This document shows positions 39,596-51,832 of a stretch of DNA of 64,000 nucleotides, in pieces. Origin of the DNA: Haplodiscus bocki (lineage: Eukaryota); the NCBI GenBank assembly GCA_965655095.1, contig OZ296654.1:38812001-38876000 (forward strand), given 5' to 3'. The notes beneath the pieces were generated by a model, which saw nothing but the letters and a program-made list of their open reading frames with translations, made no database searches and was not told where the DNA came from. The translations under genes were made by a program, and so were the position numbers. Every line of letters begins with the position of its first letter. The first letter of the stretch is position 1.

Positions 39596-41636
39596 TGGCG
39601 CAGGAAGTGGTCTGTTTTCTTTGCTTCTCTATCAGCGAATTTCTTCACCTCACTAACATGAAAAGGTTTTTCCAATGTCGAAAAGCAAAATATGCAATAG
39701 CTAGTAGCTTCTCTGACACGTGCTGCACATTTTTGTCTTGCATTTCGATTCCAAAGGTGGGAGTTCAGCTTTAGGTGGAGCCTAAATGTTTCGGGAGGTT
39801 TTCGGGCAAAAATTTCAGTACGCGGGGGGCCGTTCTTTTCCTGAAGGTTGCTCGACCCAAGGAAGCACTCAAAGATTCAGAAACATCTCATCCATATCTT
39901 CCAGACAGTTTTGCTTGGGAGGGCAGTTTTAAATACTTGTGTCTCTACTAGTTGTGCTGCCGCTTAATTCATTCAGCATTTCCTGCTGAAAATTAGCATC
40001 TTGGTCAGCGATGTCGGTGGACTTGTTTTTGTTCTCCATCGTTGATTTTTTGAGATAAATTTATACAATGTTTTTGAGAAACTTCGGAAAATTTTCACGG
40101 TTAGAAGGAGTCCTTTGCAATAAAATGAGATGAAAGGTAGAAGGCGCTTCGTTCTGAATGGAAGTTGAATTGTTTTTTGTTAGGAATGGTAGATTGACCG
40201 GAGAATTGAATTTTCAGGAGAAATGGAGGTTAGCGATTCCAAATTAGACCGGGTACGAGAGCTTCACGATATGAACTAAGGAATGTGATACACAGGAAAA
40301 CTTATTAGGTTGATACGGTTATCCGGAGACCTTCGTAGGTAGGGAGATTGCACAAGGAGGAAGACGGATGTAGATGAGAGAGGGAGAGTAGAAAGATACA
40401 AAAAGAACTACGGCAAAAAAGAGGAGGCAGACAACAAGAGATAAGCACATAGAGACTGAGACTTGATTCCTTTATAAAAAAAAGTGTTTTAATTTTTTGC
40501 AGTCTTCAAGATCTCGGTTCTTCGAGATTTTCACACTTTTCGACAAACTCAAATTTCAGAGACTTTTTCCAACAAGGCGCTCTAAGTTAGGCTTTAGTCT
40601 CACTGGTACGACCCAGGATGCGCAATTCCTGAGTTTTCAAATTCTTGAAAAGCGCAATTTTTGGTAGACTCTCAGCGTTTAATTCAGCTGGGAGTGAAAA
40701 CAAGTTTCCCCGGATATGTAGACAGTAATCAAAGCTTTCTCTTATGTGGTACAACTTCAGCTGTCCTGGGCCTAGTCTCCACGGAGATGAAGTTGATCTG
40801 ACAGTGTGATGACTGAGTTAGCGACACCTTCTGGCATTCGAAATCATTAACTTCCGATCGGTCCTTTTTCTGAAAATAGAAAAAGGGCTGGATTGATATT
40901 AATTTTTTCTTCAATCGTTTTTGCCTTGATCGCACGGCATAGCATCGTAAGTGTTGAGAGCAAGAGTTCGCGGGCCAATGCTGTTTTACCCTTGGAGTTT
41001 TTAAAGAAACAATTTCGGTGGGTAGAATACTTTCGTAGAAAATTAATTAATCCGTTTCACATAGCTTTCTTTCTCGCCTTTTAATGGGACCGTTAAAACC
41101 ACTTTTAACATAACGTATTGCTGCTAGCAATGGTTTCAGGAAACCCTCTTTTGTCACATGCATTTTGTCACCTTTAAAGTTATGTTTTTTCTCCTCACTT
41201 CTTGTGGCTCGAATGGAAGATACACCTGTCTCAGCAAAAGTTTGCGGCAAACCTTTCTCTGGTTCTCCGAATTTGGGACGACGTCCAATCATTGTCACAA
41301 GACGCACTTGTTTTGCCGCCAATTCATATCAAGGTTTTTCAGAAAATCAGCAGTTTCTTGAGAGCTCATATTGAGCGAACTCTCATCTACGGTCCTCGTC
41401 TTTTAGAGAGTTTAATACAACGGCACATCAAATGATGATCGTTTGAGGCTTTCGACTATCCAATTGTGAGTCAAAAACAGTTTTCAATGTTTTCCACTGG
41501 ACAAAGTGGCGAATTTTCAATCGCGAACAAAAATACCACTCAACAGCATCGTCCATAGAATCAGCAACCTCATGAACAATCTTTCCATTCGAGGCAGCTA
41601 CGATGAAAATCGTCTCCCTGTGAACAGAACCCCACA

Positions 41637-42082
41637 ATGTGCATGTACATGTGCATGTACGTACACATACATACACACAAACCTATACATATACATTTGC
41701 ACATACACATATATACATACATAATTAATTCCATATACACTTATATGTCTACACAAATATACACTTATACGCATATACAAATACCTATATGCAAATATAT
41801 ACATATACACATACATATACATATACACATACTTATACGTATACTTATACATATACATAAACATATACATCTACGTATACGTAAACATATACATAAACAT
41901 CTACATATACGTAAACATATACATAAACATATGCATATACATATACGTATACATATACATATACATACAGGCATACATATATATACTTACATATACCTAT
42001 ACATATACATAAACAAATACACATATGCACAAATACGGATGTACAACCTTACCTATATATCTATATATAAATATAAATATAC
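41637..42082. repeat. Degenerate (TACATA)n microsatellite
   Basis: Direct inspection. Confidence 0.95.
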
Positions 42083-42530
42083 TGGGATACTGTGCGGTTC
42101 CAGGAACACCACAAGGGTGACTTTTTATACACATTTACCTGCCATTTATTTTTTCTATTCCGACCGTTTCGTTTGAGTTAAAAAAAACAGCACATATCCA
42201 GAAACTACCTGTCTAGCGCCATCATCCTTCAAGAGATGACATAATTTTTCATTTTTCTTCTAATATCTGAACAATTGAATTTATTCTCAGTAATACTTTG
42301 GGTTACTTCTCTTTGAGGGTAATTCTGATGTTACCAAGCGTGTGTTTTAGCTTTAACGACTTTGTGAGATAATTGTATTTTCTTGTGGTCTTTTCAGAAT
42401 GTAGTCTTTTCAGAATTCTCTCTATCTGGGACTTTTGAACAAAAGAGGAACAAGGGAAGATCAATTGGAAAACTAATGACAAGCTCTATGTAGAGAAGCA
42501 GTATTTGCATAAAGATCGCATTCTTTCACA

Positions 42531-42890
42531 TCAAAAGAAGTTTTGAGAGTTCAGTTTCTTGAGTGCTATAACGCTTGTTCTGATCAGGTTTACATGACGC
42601 TTTTGATGCTCACCAGTGATGGTTACCAAACAGTCTTTATTGCCTGCAATGATGAGCATCTTCTTCAAAATGGTTGGAGTAGTCGAAAGACCGGCGCCAG
42701 CAGGGGCCAGTTTTAGAGTTACTTTGATCTGACGATGCTTCGCTTGAACAGTGAAAGGAACTGTGTCCACATTTGAAGGATCCCAATTTCCTCTGATGAG
42801 TCTGAACCTTGTGCAAAATGCTTTGCTAGTTGCGCCGGAGGCTGCCCTGGATCTCGTTTTTTTTAATCTTCTCGCCGTATCCTAGTAAGA
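42531..42890 (-). pseudogene. uS5/RPS2-like fragment
   Basis: ORF 42531-42770. Confidence 0.8.
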
Positions 42891-44931
42891 TGGCGCAGGA
42901 AGTGGTCTGTTTTCTTTGCTTCTCTATCAGCGAATTTCTTCACCTCACTAACATGAAAAGGTTTTTCCAATGTCGAAAAGCAAAATATGCAATAGCTAGT
43001 AGCTTCTCTGACACGTGCTGCACATTTTTGTCTTGCATTTCGATTCCAAAGGTGGGAGTTCAGCTTTAGGTGGAGCCTAAATGTTTCGGGAGGTTTTCGG
43101 GCAAAAATTTCAGTACGCGGGGGGCCGTTCTTTTCCTGAAGGTTGCTCGACCCTAGGAAGCACTCAAAGATTCAGAAACATCTCATCCATATCTTCCAGA
43201 CAGTTTTGCTTGGGAGGGCAGTTTTAAATACTTATGTCTCTACTAGTTGTGCTGCCGCTTAATTCATTCAGCATTTCCTGCTGAAAATTAGCATCTTGGT
43301 CAGCGATGTCGGTGGACTTGTTTTTGTTCTCCATCGTTGATTTTTTGAGATAAATTTATACAATGTTTTTGAGAAACTTCGGAAAATTTTCACGGTTAGA
43401 AGGAGTCCTTTGCAATAAAATGAGATGAAAGGTAGAAGGCGCTTCGTTCTGAATGGAAGTTGAATTGTTTTTTGTTAGGAATGGTAGATTGACCGGAGAA
43501 TTGAATTTTCAGGAGAAATGGAGGTTAGCGATTCCAAATTAGACCGGGTACGAGAGCTTCACGATATGAACTAAGGAATGTGATACACAGGAAAACTTAT
43601 TAGGTTGATACGGTTATCCGGAGACCTTCGTAGGTAGGGAGATTGCACAAGGAGGAAGACGGATGTAGATGAGAGAGGGAGAGTAGAAAGATACAAAAAG
43701 AACTACGGCAAAAAAGAGGAGGCAGACAACAAGAGATAAGCACATAGAGACTGAGACTTGATTCCTTTATAAAAAAAAGTGTTTTAATTTTTTGCAGTCT
43801 TCAAGATCTCGGTTTTTCGAGATTTTCACACTTTTCGACAAACTCAAATTTCAGAGACTTTTTCCAACAAGGCGCTCTAAGTTAGGCTTTAGTCTCACTG
43901 GTACGACCCAGGATGCGCAATTCCTGAGTTTTCAAATTCTTGAAAAGCGCAATTTTTGGTAGACTCTCAGCGTTTAATTCAGCTGGGAGTGAAAACAAGT
44001 TTCCCCGGATATGTAGACAGTAATCAAAGCTTTCTCTTATGTGGTACAACTTCAGCTGTCCTGGGCCTAGTCTCCACGGAGATGAAGTTGATCTGACAGT
44101 GTGATGACTGAGTTAGCGACACCTTCTGGCATTCGAAATCATTAACTTCCGATCGGTCCTTTTTCTGAAAATAGAAAAAGGGCTGGATTGATATTAATTT
44201 TTTCTTCAATCGTTTTTGCCTTGATCGCACGGCATAGCATCGTAAGTGTTGAGAGCAAGATTTCGCGGGCCAATGCTGTTTTACCCTTGGAGTTTTTAAA
44301 GAAACAATTTCGGTGGGTAGAATACTTTCGTAGAAAATTAATTAATCCGTTTCACATAGCTTTCTTTCTCGCCTTTTAATGGGACCGTTAAAACCAGTTT
44401 TAACATAACGTATTGCTGCTAGCAATGGTTTCAGGAAACCCTCTTTTGTCACATGCATTTTGTCACCTTTAAAGTTATGTTTTTTCTCCTCACTTCTTGT
44501 GGCTCGAATGGAAGATACACCTGTCTCAGCAAAAGTTTGCGGCAAACCTTTCTCTGGTTCTCCGAATTTGGGACGACGTCCAATCATTGTCACAAGACGG
44601 ACTTGTTTTGCCGCCCATTCATATCAAGGTTTTTCAGAAAATCAGCAGTTTCTTGAGAGCTCATATTGAGCGAACTCTCATCTACGGTCCTCGTCTTTTA
44701 GAGAGTTTAATACAACGGCACATCAAATGATGATCGTTTGAGGCTTTCGACTATCCAATTGTGAGTCAAAAACAGTTTTCAATGTTTTCCACTGGACAAA
44801 GTGGCGAATTTTCAATCGCGAACAAAAATACCACTCAACAGCATCGTCCATAGAATCAGCAACCTCATGAACAATCTTTCCATTCGAGGCAGCTACGATG
44901 AAAATCGTCTCCCTGTGAACAGAACCCCACA

Positions 44932-45377
44932 ATGTGCATGTACATGTGCATGTACGTACACATACATACACACAAACCTATACATATACATTTGCACATA
45001 CACATATATACATATATAAATAAGTCCATATACACTTATATGTCTACACACATATACACTTATACGCATATACAAATACCTATATGCAAATATATACATA
45101 TACACATACATATACATATACACATACTTATACGTATACTTATACATATACATAAACATATACATCTACGTATACGTAAACATATACATAAACATCTACA
45201 TATACGTAAACATATACATAAGCATATGCATATACATATACGTATACATATACATATACATACAGGCATACATATATATACTTACATATACCTATACATA
45301 TACATAAACAAATACACATATGCACAAATACGGATGTACAACCTTACCTATATATCTATATATAAATATAAATATAC
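44932..45377. repeat. Degenerate (TACATA)n microsatellite
   Basis: Direct inspection. Confidence 0.95.
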
Positions 45378-45825
45378 TGGGATACTGTGCGGTTCCAGGA
45401 ACACCACAAGGGTGACTTTTTATACACATTTACCTGCCATTTATTTTTTCTATTCCGACCGTTTCGTTTGAGTTAAAAAAAACAGCACATATCCAGAAAC
45501 TACCTGTCTAGCGCCATCATCCTTCAAGAGATGACATAATTTTTCATTTTTCTTCTAATATCTGAACAATTGAATTTATTCTCAGTAATACTTTGGGTTA
45601 CTTCTCTTTGAGGGTAATTCTGATGTTACCAAGCGTGTGTTTTAGCTTTAACGACTTTGTGAGATAATTGTATTTTCTTGTGGTCTTTTCAGAATGTAGT
45701 CTTTTCAGAATTCTCTCTATCTAGGACTTTTGATTAAAACAGGAACAAGGGAAGCTCAATTGGAAAACTAAGGAAAAGCTCTATGTAAAGAGGCAGTATT
45801 TGCATAAAGATCGCATTCTTTCACA

Positions 45826-46185
45826 TCAAAAGAAGTTTTGAGAGTTCAGTTTCTTGAGTGCTATAACGCTTGTTCTGATCAGGTTTACATGACGCTTTTG
45901 ATGCTCACCAGTGATGGTTACCAAACAGTCTTTAATGCCTGCAATGATGAGCATCTTCTTCAAAATGGTTGGAGTACTCGAAAAACCGGCTCCAACAGGG
46001 GCCGGTTTTAGAGTTACTTTGATCTGACGATGCTTCGCTTGAACAGTGAAAAGAACTATGTCCACATTTGAAGGATCCCAATTTCCTCTCATGATTCTGA
46101 ACCTTGTGCAAAATGCTTTGCTAGTTGCGCCGGAGGCTGCCCTGGATCTCGATTTTTTTTATCTTCTCGCCGTATCTTAGTAAGA
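45826..46185 (-). pseudogene. uS5/RPS2-like fragment
   Basis: ORF 45826-46092 RGNWD..KPAPVGAG..AGIKDC. Confidence 0.8.
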
Positions 46186-48233
46186 TGGCGCAGGAAGTGG
46201 TCTGTTTTCTTTGCATCTCTATCAGCGAATTTCTTCATCTCACTAACATGAAAAAGATTTTCCAATGTCGAAAAGCAAAATAAGCAATAGCTAGTAGCTC
46301 CTCTGACACGTGCTGCACATTTTTGTCTTGCATTTCGATTCCAAAGGTGGGAGTTCAGCTTTAGGGGTTTTGGAGCCTAAAAGTTTCGGGAGGTTTTTGG
46401 GCAAAAATTTCAGTACGCGGGCCGTTTTTTTCCTGAAGGTTGCTCGACCCAAGGAAGCACTCAAAGATTCAGAAACATCTCATCCATATCTTCAAGACAG
46501 TTTTGCTTGGGAGGGGAGTTTTAAATACTTGTGTCTCTACTAGTTGTGTTGCCGTTTATTTCATTCAGCATTTCCTGCTGAAAATTAGCATCTTGGTCAA
46601 CGATGTCGGTGGACTTGTTTTTGTTCTCCATCGTTGATTTTTTGAGATATTTTTATACAAAGTTTTTGAGAAACTTCGGAAAATTTTCACGGTTAGAAGG
46701 AGTCCTTTGCAATTAAATGAGATGAATTGTAGAAAGCGCTTCGTTCTGAATAGAAGTTGAATTGTTTTTTGTTTGAAATGGTAGATTGACCGGAGAGGTG
46801 AATGTTCAGTAGAAATGGAGGTTAGCGATTCCAAATTAGACCGGGTACGAGAGCTTCACGATATGAACTAAGGAATGTGATACACAGGAAAACTTAGTAG
46901 GTCGATAGGGTTATCCGGAGACCTTCGTAGGTAGAGAGATTGCACAAGGAGGAAGATGGATATAGATGAGAGAGGGAGAGTAGAAAGATACAAAAGAAAA
47001 ATACAGCAAAAAAGAGGAGGCGGAAAAAAAGAGATAGGCAGATTGAGACTGAGACTTGATTCCTTTATAGAAAAAAAAGTGTTTTAATTTTTTGCAGTCT
47101 TCAAGATCTCGGTTTTTCGAGATTTTCACACTTTTCGACAAACTCAAATTTCAGAGACTTTTTCCAACAAGGCGCTCTAAGTTAGGCTTTAGTCTCACTG
47201 GTACGACCCAGGATGCGCAATTCCTGAGTTTTCAAATTCTTGAAAAGCGCAATTTTTGGTAGACTCTCAGCGTTTAATTCAGCTGGGAGTGAAAACAAGT
47301 TTCCCCGGATATGTAGACAGTAATCAAAGCTTTCTCTTATGTGGTACAACTTCAGCTGTCCTGGGCCTAGTCTTCACGGAGATGAAGTTGATCTGACAGT
47401 GTGATGATTGAGTTAGCGACACCTTCTGGCATTCGAAATCATTAACTTCCGATCGGTCCTTTTTCTGAAAATAGAAAAAGGGCTGGATTGATATTAAATT
47501 TTTCTTCAATCGATTTTGCCTTGATCGCACGGCATACCATCTTATGTGTTGAGAGCAAGATTTCGCGGGCCAATGCTGTTTTACCCTTGAAGTTTTTAAA
47601 GAAACAAATTCGGTGGGTAGAAGACTTTCATAGAAAATTAATTAATCCGTTTCACATAGCTTTCTTTTTCGCCTTTTAATGGGACCGTTAAAACCAGTTT
47701 TAACATAACGTATTGCTGCTAGCAATTGTTTCAGGAAACCCTCCTTTGTCACATGCATTTTGTCACCTTTAAAGTTATGTTTTTTCTCCTCACTTCTTGT
47801 GGCTCGGGTGGAAGATACACCTGTCTCAGCAAAAGTTTGCGGCAAACCTTTCTCTGGTTCTCCGAATTTGGGACGACGTCCAATCATTGTCACAAGACGC
47901 ACTTGTTTTGCCGCCAATTCTTATCAAGGTTTTTCAGAAAATCAGCAGTTTCTTGAGAGCTCATATTGAGCGAACTCTCTCATCTACGGTCCTCGTCTTT
48001 TAGAGAGTTTAATACAACGGCACATCAAATGATGATCGTTTGAGGCTTTCGACTATCCAATTGTGAGTCAAAAACAGTTTTCAATGTTTTCCACTGGACA
48101 AAGTGGCGAATTTTCAATCGCGAACAAAAATACCACTCAACAGCATCGTCCATAGAATCAGCAACCTCATGAACAATCTTTCCATTCGAGGCAGCTACGA
48201 TGAAAATCGTCTCCCTGTGAACAGAACCCCACA

Positions 48234-48673
48234 ATGTGCATGTACATGTGCATGTACGTACACATACATACACACAAACCTATACATATACATTTGCACA
48301 TACACATATATACATATATAAATAAGTCCATATACACTTATATGTCTACACACATATACACTTATACGCATATACAAATACCTATATGCAAATATATACA
48401 TATACACATACATATACATATACACATACTTATACGTATACTTATACATGTACATAAACATATATATCTACGTATACGTAAACATATACATAAACATCTA
48501 CATATACGTAAACATATACATAAACATATGCATATACATATACGTATACTTATGCGTACAGGCATACATATATATACTTACATATACCTATACATATACA
48601 TAAACAAATACACATATCCACAAATACGGATGTAAAACATTACCTATATATCTATATATAAATATAAATATAC
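48234..48673. repeat. Degenerate (TACATA)n microsatellite
   Basis: Direct inspection. Confidence 0.95.
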
Positions 48674-49121
48674 TGGGATACTGTGTGGTTCCAGGAACAC
48701 CACAAGGGTGACTTTTTATAGACATTTACCTGCCATTTTTTTTTCTATTCCGACCGTTTCGTTCGAGTTAAAAAAAAACAGCACATATACAGAAACTACC
48801 TGTCTAGCCTCATCATCCTTCCAGAGATGACATAATTTTTCATTTTTCTTCTAATATCTGAAAAATTGAATTTGTTCTCAGTAATACTTTGGGTCACTTC
48901 TCTTTGAGGGTAATTCTGATGTTACCAAGCGTTTGTTTTAGCTTTAACGACTTTGTGAGATAATTGCATTTTCTTGTGGTCTTTTCAGAATGTAGTCTTT
49001 TCAGAATTCTCTCTATCTAGGACTTTTGATTAAAACAGGAACAAGGGAAGCTCAATCGGAAAACTAAGGAAAAGCTCTATGTAAACAGGCAGTATTTGCA
49101 TAAAGATCGCATTCTTTCACA

Positions 49122-49613
49122 TCAAAAGAAGTTTTGAAAATTCAGTTTCTTGAGTGCTATAACGCTTGTTCTGATCAGGTTTACATGACGCTTTTGATGC
49201 TCACCAGTGATGGTTACCAAACAGTCTTTATTGCTTGCAATGATGAGCATCTTCTTCAATGGTTGGAGTAGTCGACAGACCGGCTCCAGCAGGGGCCGGT
49301 TTCAGCGTTACTTTGATCTGACGATGCTTCGCTTGAACAGTGAAAGGAACTCTGTCCACATTTGAAGGATCCCAATTTCCTCTGATGATTCTGAACCTTG
49401 TGCAGAATGCTTTGCTAGTTGCTCCGGAGGCTGCCCTGGATGTCGATCTTTTTGTCTTCTCGCCGTATCCAAGTAAGACTTGTTTATCGCCAACCAAGGC
49501 AAAGGCCTTGTACCGTACACGAAGTTCGCTGTTCTGTCGCTTTTGTACAACGCGACCGTTTTTAAGAGCTCTTCTTGCAAGAGTGAAATGGTGAGTAGAA
49601 AATGGGCAATTTC
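49122..49613 (-). pseudogene. RPS2: Divergent ribosomal protein uS5 (RPS2)-like gene remnant with both S5 domains, two frameshifts
   Basis: EIAHFLL..LQEELLKT/VQKRQNSELRVRYKAFALVGDKQVLLGYGEK..AASGATSKA..IIRGNWD..VPFTVQAK..VTLKPAPAGAGL../KKMLIIASNKDC aligns colinearly with eukaryotic RPS2 [68 protein letters not shown]. The symbol marks homology, not orthology. Confidence 0.85.
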
Positions 49614-49902
49614 ACAATGCTAACGTCTTTTTTTTGCACACGCGCTTTGAACTCAACATAAACTTAGCGAAAAACTTTCCGTACATCCGTCTAGTTCGAC
49701 ATATCGCTGACGCTTCAATTTCAATGCAGAACATGCGGTAAAATTTTTGAATTGGAAAAATGGAAATAATTACTGACCTGGTTTTAGTTTTTCCTTGAGA
49801 TCAGGTATAAATAGCTAAGATTTCAGTGGAAGGTATTTAGCTCGTTGAACCATTGGGGATATAACTTTCTTTCATCAGAAGAAACAAATTTGGTTTTTTT
49901 CC

Positions 49903-50132
49903 TGAACACCCCCCCCCCCCCCCACACACACACACACACACATGTAATTTTTTTAGAAAATTAATGTAACTTTCTTGTGGATTATTCTTGCTAATATTGT
50001 TCAAATTTCGTTCATTCTGTCAAATATCTTTTGAAACCCCGGGAAAAGTTTTCGTTATCCATGAATAAATAATTTTGATCACTTTCTGTGGAAATATGTA
50101 CGTGTGTCTGTGTGTGTGGGGAAGGGGGGTTC
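49903..50132. repeat. Imperfect inverted repeat: poly-C/(CA)n arm and (TG)n/G-rich arm around an AT-rich core
   Basis: gaacacc(c)n(ca)n..tgtaattt at ~49903-49950 versus aaatatgtacgtgtgtctgtgtgtgtggggaaggggggttc at ~50092-50132. Confidence 0.4.
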
Positions 50133-50172
50133 TCATACTTTACAGGAACCAGATGATTTACTGCCTTGATCA

Positions 50173-51832
50173 AAGATTTTGAAAATTTGTTATGCTGACA
50201 CTTTTTCACGAAGTTGATTTGCTTCAGCTGAGGAATGCAGACGATATGAAAGTTAATTAGCTTAGGAATGCTTGCCTTGGTGTATACATAAAGACTTCAA
50301 AGAAGAAAGGTAGTCCATATTTGAGTAGACTAAAGTCAGTAGATGCCCGGATGGACGCTTCTTCTCCAGCGATGTCGCTAAGTAAACAAACTTGAAATAC
50401 CAGTAGTCTAGCCTAGGCTACATGTAACTTTTGTTTACAAGCCAAGATTCACCCGCGAAATAACTGTTTCGGTCCAGGGATCCACCCGAGAAAAGATTGA
50501 CATAATCTTAGGATTGGGCTGCGAAAAACCATGCGAATCCCTATACTACTCCCTAAGCCTTCGGCGAATGCTCAATGTCGTTTGTTTTGTTTGTTTGTTA
50601 AATTCTCTGCGGAGGATGATGAGTTAAAATTCAAGTTGAGGGAGGAACTCTCGAGATACGTTTATATTGGTAATAAAAGAAACATGGTCTAAAATCCGTC
50701 TGCTGACATTACCACAAAATGCAGCTGAATGCAGCGCGTGATCAGAAATTGGTGAACGTTTACGGTCAGCAGTTTCAGGACTTCAATGAACCAGACTGGG
50801 GCAATCTTTGACTAGTGAATCAGCTTTGACTCAGAGAATATCAGAAATTAATTACTGATTGATACATCACCGCCTTGTTGTCTTGAGAAATCAGCTTTAT
50901 TTTATCGTGTTTTTTCTTTTGTCTGAGGCACTCGATTTATCTTGAAAGCAGACGATTGTTTGGGGAAATCAGTTCTGAATTGACGCAGCCTCAGCAGAGG
51001 TTTTTAAACTCTAGATACTGATTAGACAACAAAAACATAGTGGAGGAATTTCTGCGGTGTGCTTGACGTTTGAAATTAGGCGGAATTTTAGGGAGCAAGT
51101 GTTTGCGGTTGTGAGAGCTGGCATGAGAGAAGCAAAAGAATAATAGCTGGAGTAGCATTTTACTGTTGAAAGAATGTATATTTACTATAGATGAAATTTA
51201 TTTACTAGGGATGGCAGCACAAAGAAAGTAGACTTTTGTTCGTCCATCTGAGCATTTCGCACACACGCGGTTTATACCCACTCAAGACGCACAATGATTT
51301 TGGTAATGCATAAAAACAAGTTTTTCACGGTAGTTGAAATGAATAAATGAATTACATATGAACGGGGAACTTGAAAAAAGGAGTTTTACGACGCTTGCAA
51401 AAAGCAAAGGTCTGGGAATCAGGATGAGCCAACGCTTCTTTTCTGACCTTACACAATGCAAATATCTGTGCTGTTTCGGCAGTGTTGGTACGAAGTTTGT
51501 TCTTGCCGCGCTTTGAATTGATCTCGCTGTTGCAGCACGCACTTGACTTTTTTTCCATTCAATGCAAATCAGTTCCAGAGAAATTCCAAACTGTTAATCG
51601 GTGGCATCAAATTTAATTGCGGAAAATTTTAATATGTAATTGGGAATTGAATGATCATTATACTTGCAATGTTGATTGAATCTCTGCCCCAGTGACTAGT
51701 GGTGAGTGGTGTTTTTGGGCCCACCTAAAATTGAATAATTCGTTCATGACCCGGAGGGTCCGCGGAGTTGTTTGGATTTTCTGTTGTATGATCTTTTTGC
51801 GAAGAACCTTCATTTTTTTAGAGATCTCGAAG
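50173..51832 (+). repeat. 1.65-kb duplicated segment, copy A'
   Basis: Direct repeat of 13236-14888. Confidence 0.95.

Larger units (their letters stand above)
14992..49478. repeat. Macrosatellite array 1: 12 head-to-tail units
   Basis: Unit starts (AAGATGGCGCAG) at 14992, 18274, 20727, 23179, 25631, 28083, 31371, 33830, 37125, 39592, 42887, 46182; lengths 3282, 2453, 2452, 2452, 2452, 3288, 2459, 3295, 2467, 3295, 3295, 3293. Confidence 0.97.

Noticed and set aside
49122-49613. The organism's functional RPS2 or mitochondrial uS5m gene
   Set aside because: Two frameshifts, no recognisable N-terminal region or start, far too divergent for a canonical RPS2, and the motif spacing is cytosolic-type.
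13236-51832. A and A' as LTRs of a giant retroelement
   Set aside because: No TG...CA ends, primer-binding site, polypurine tract or TSD seen, and no gag/pol between them.
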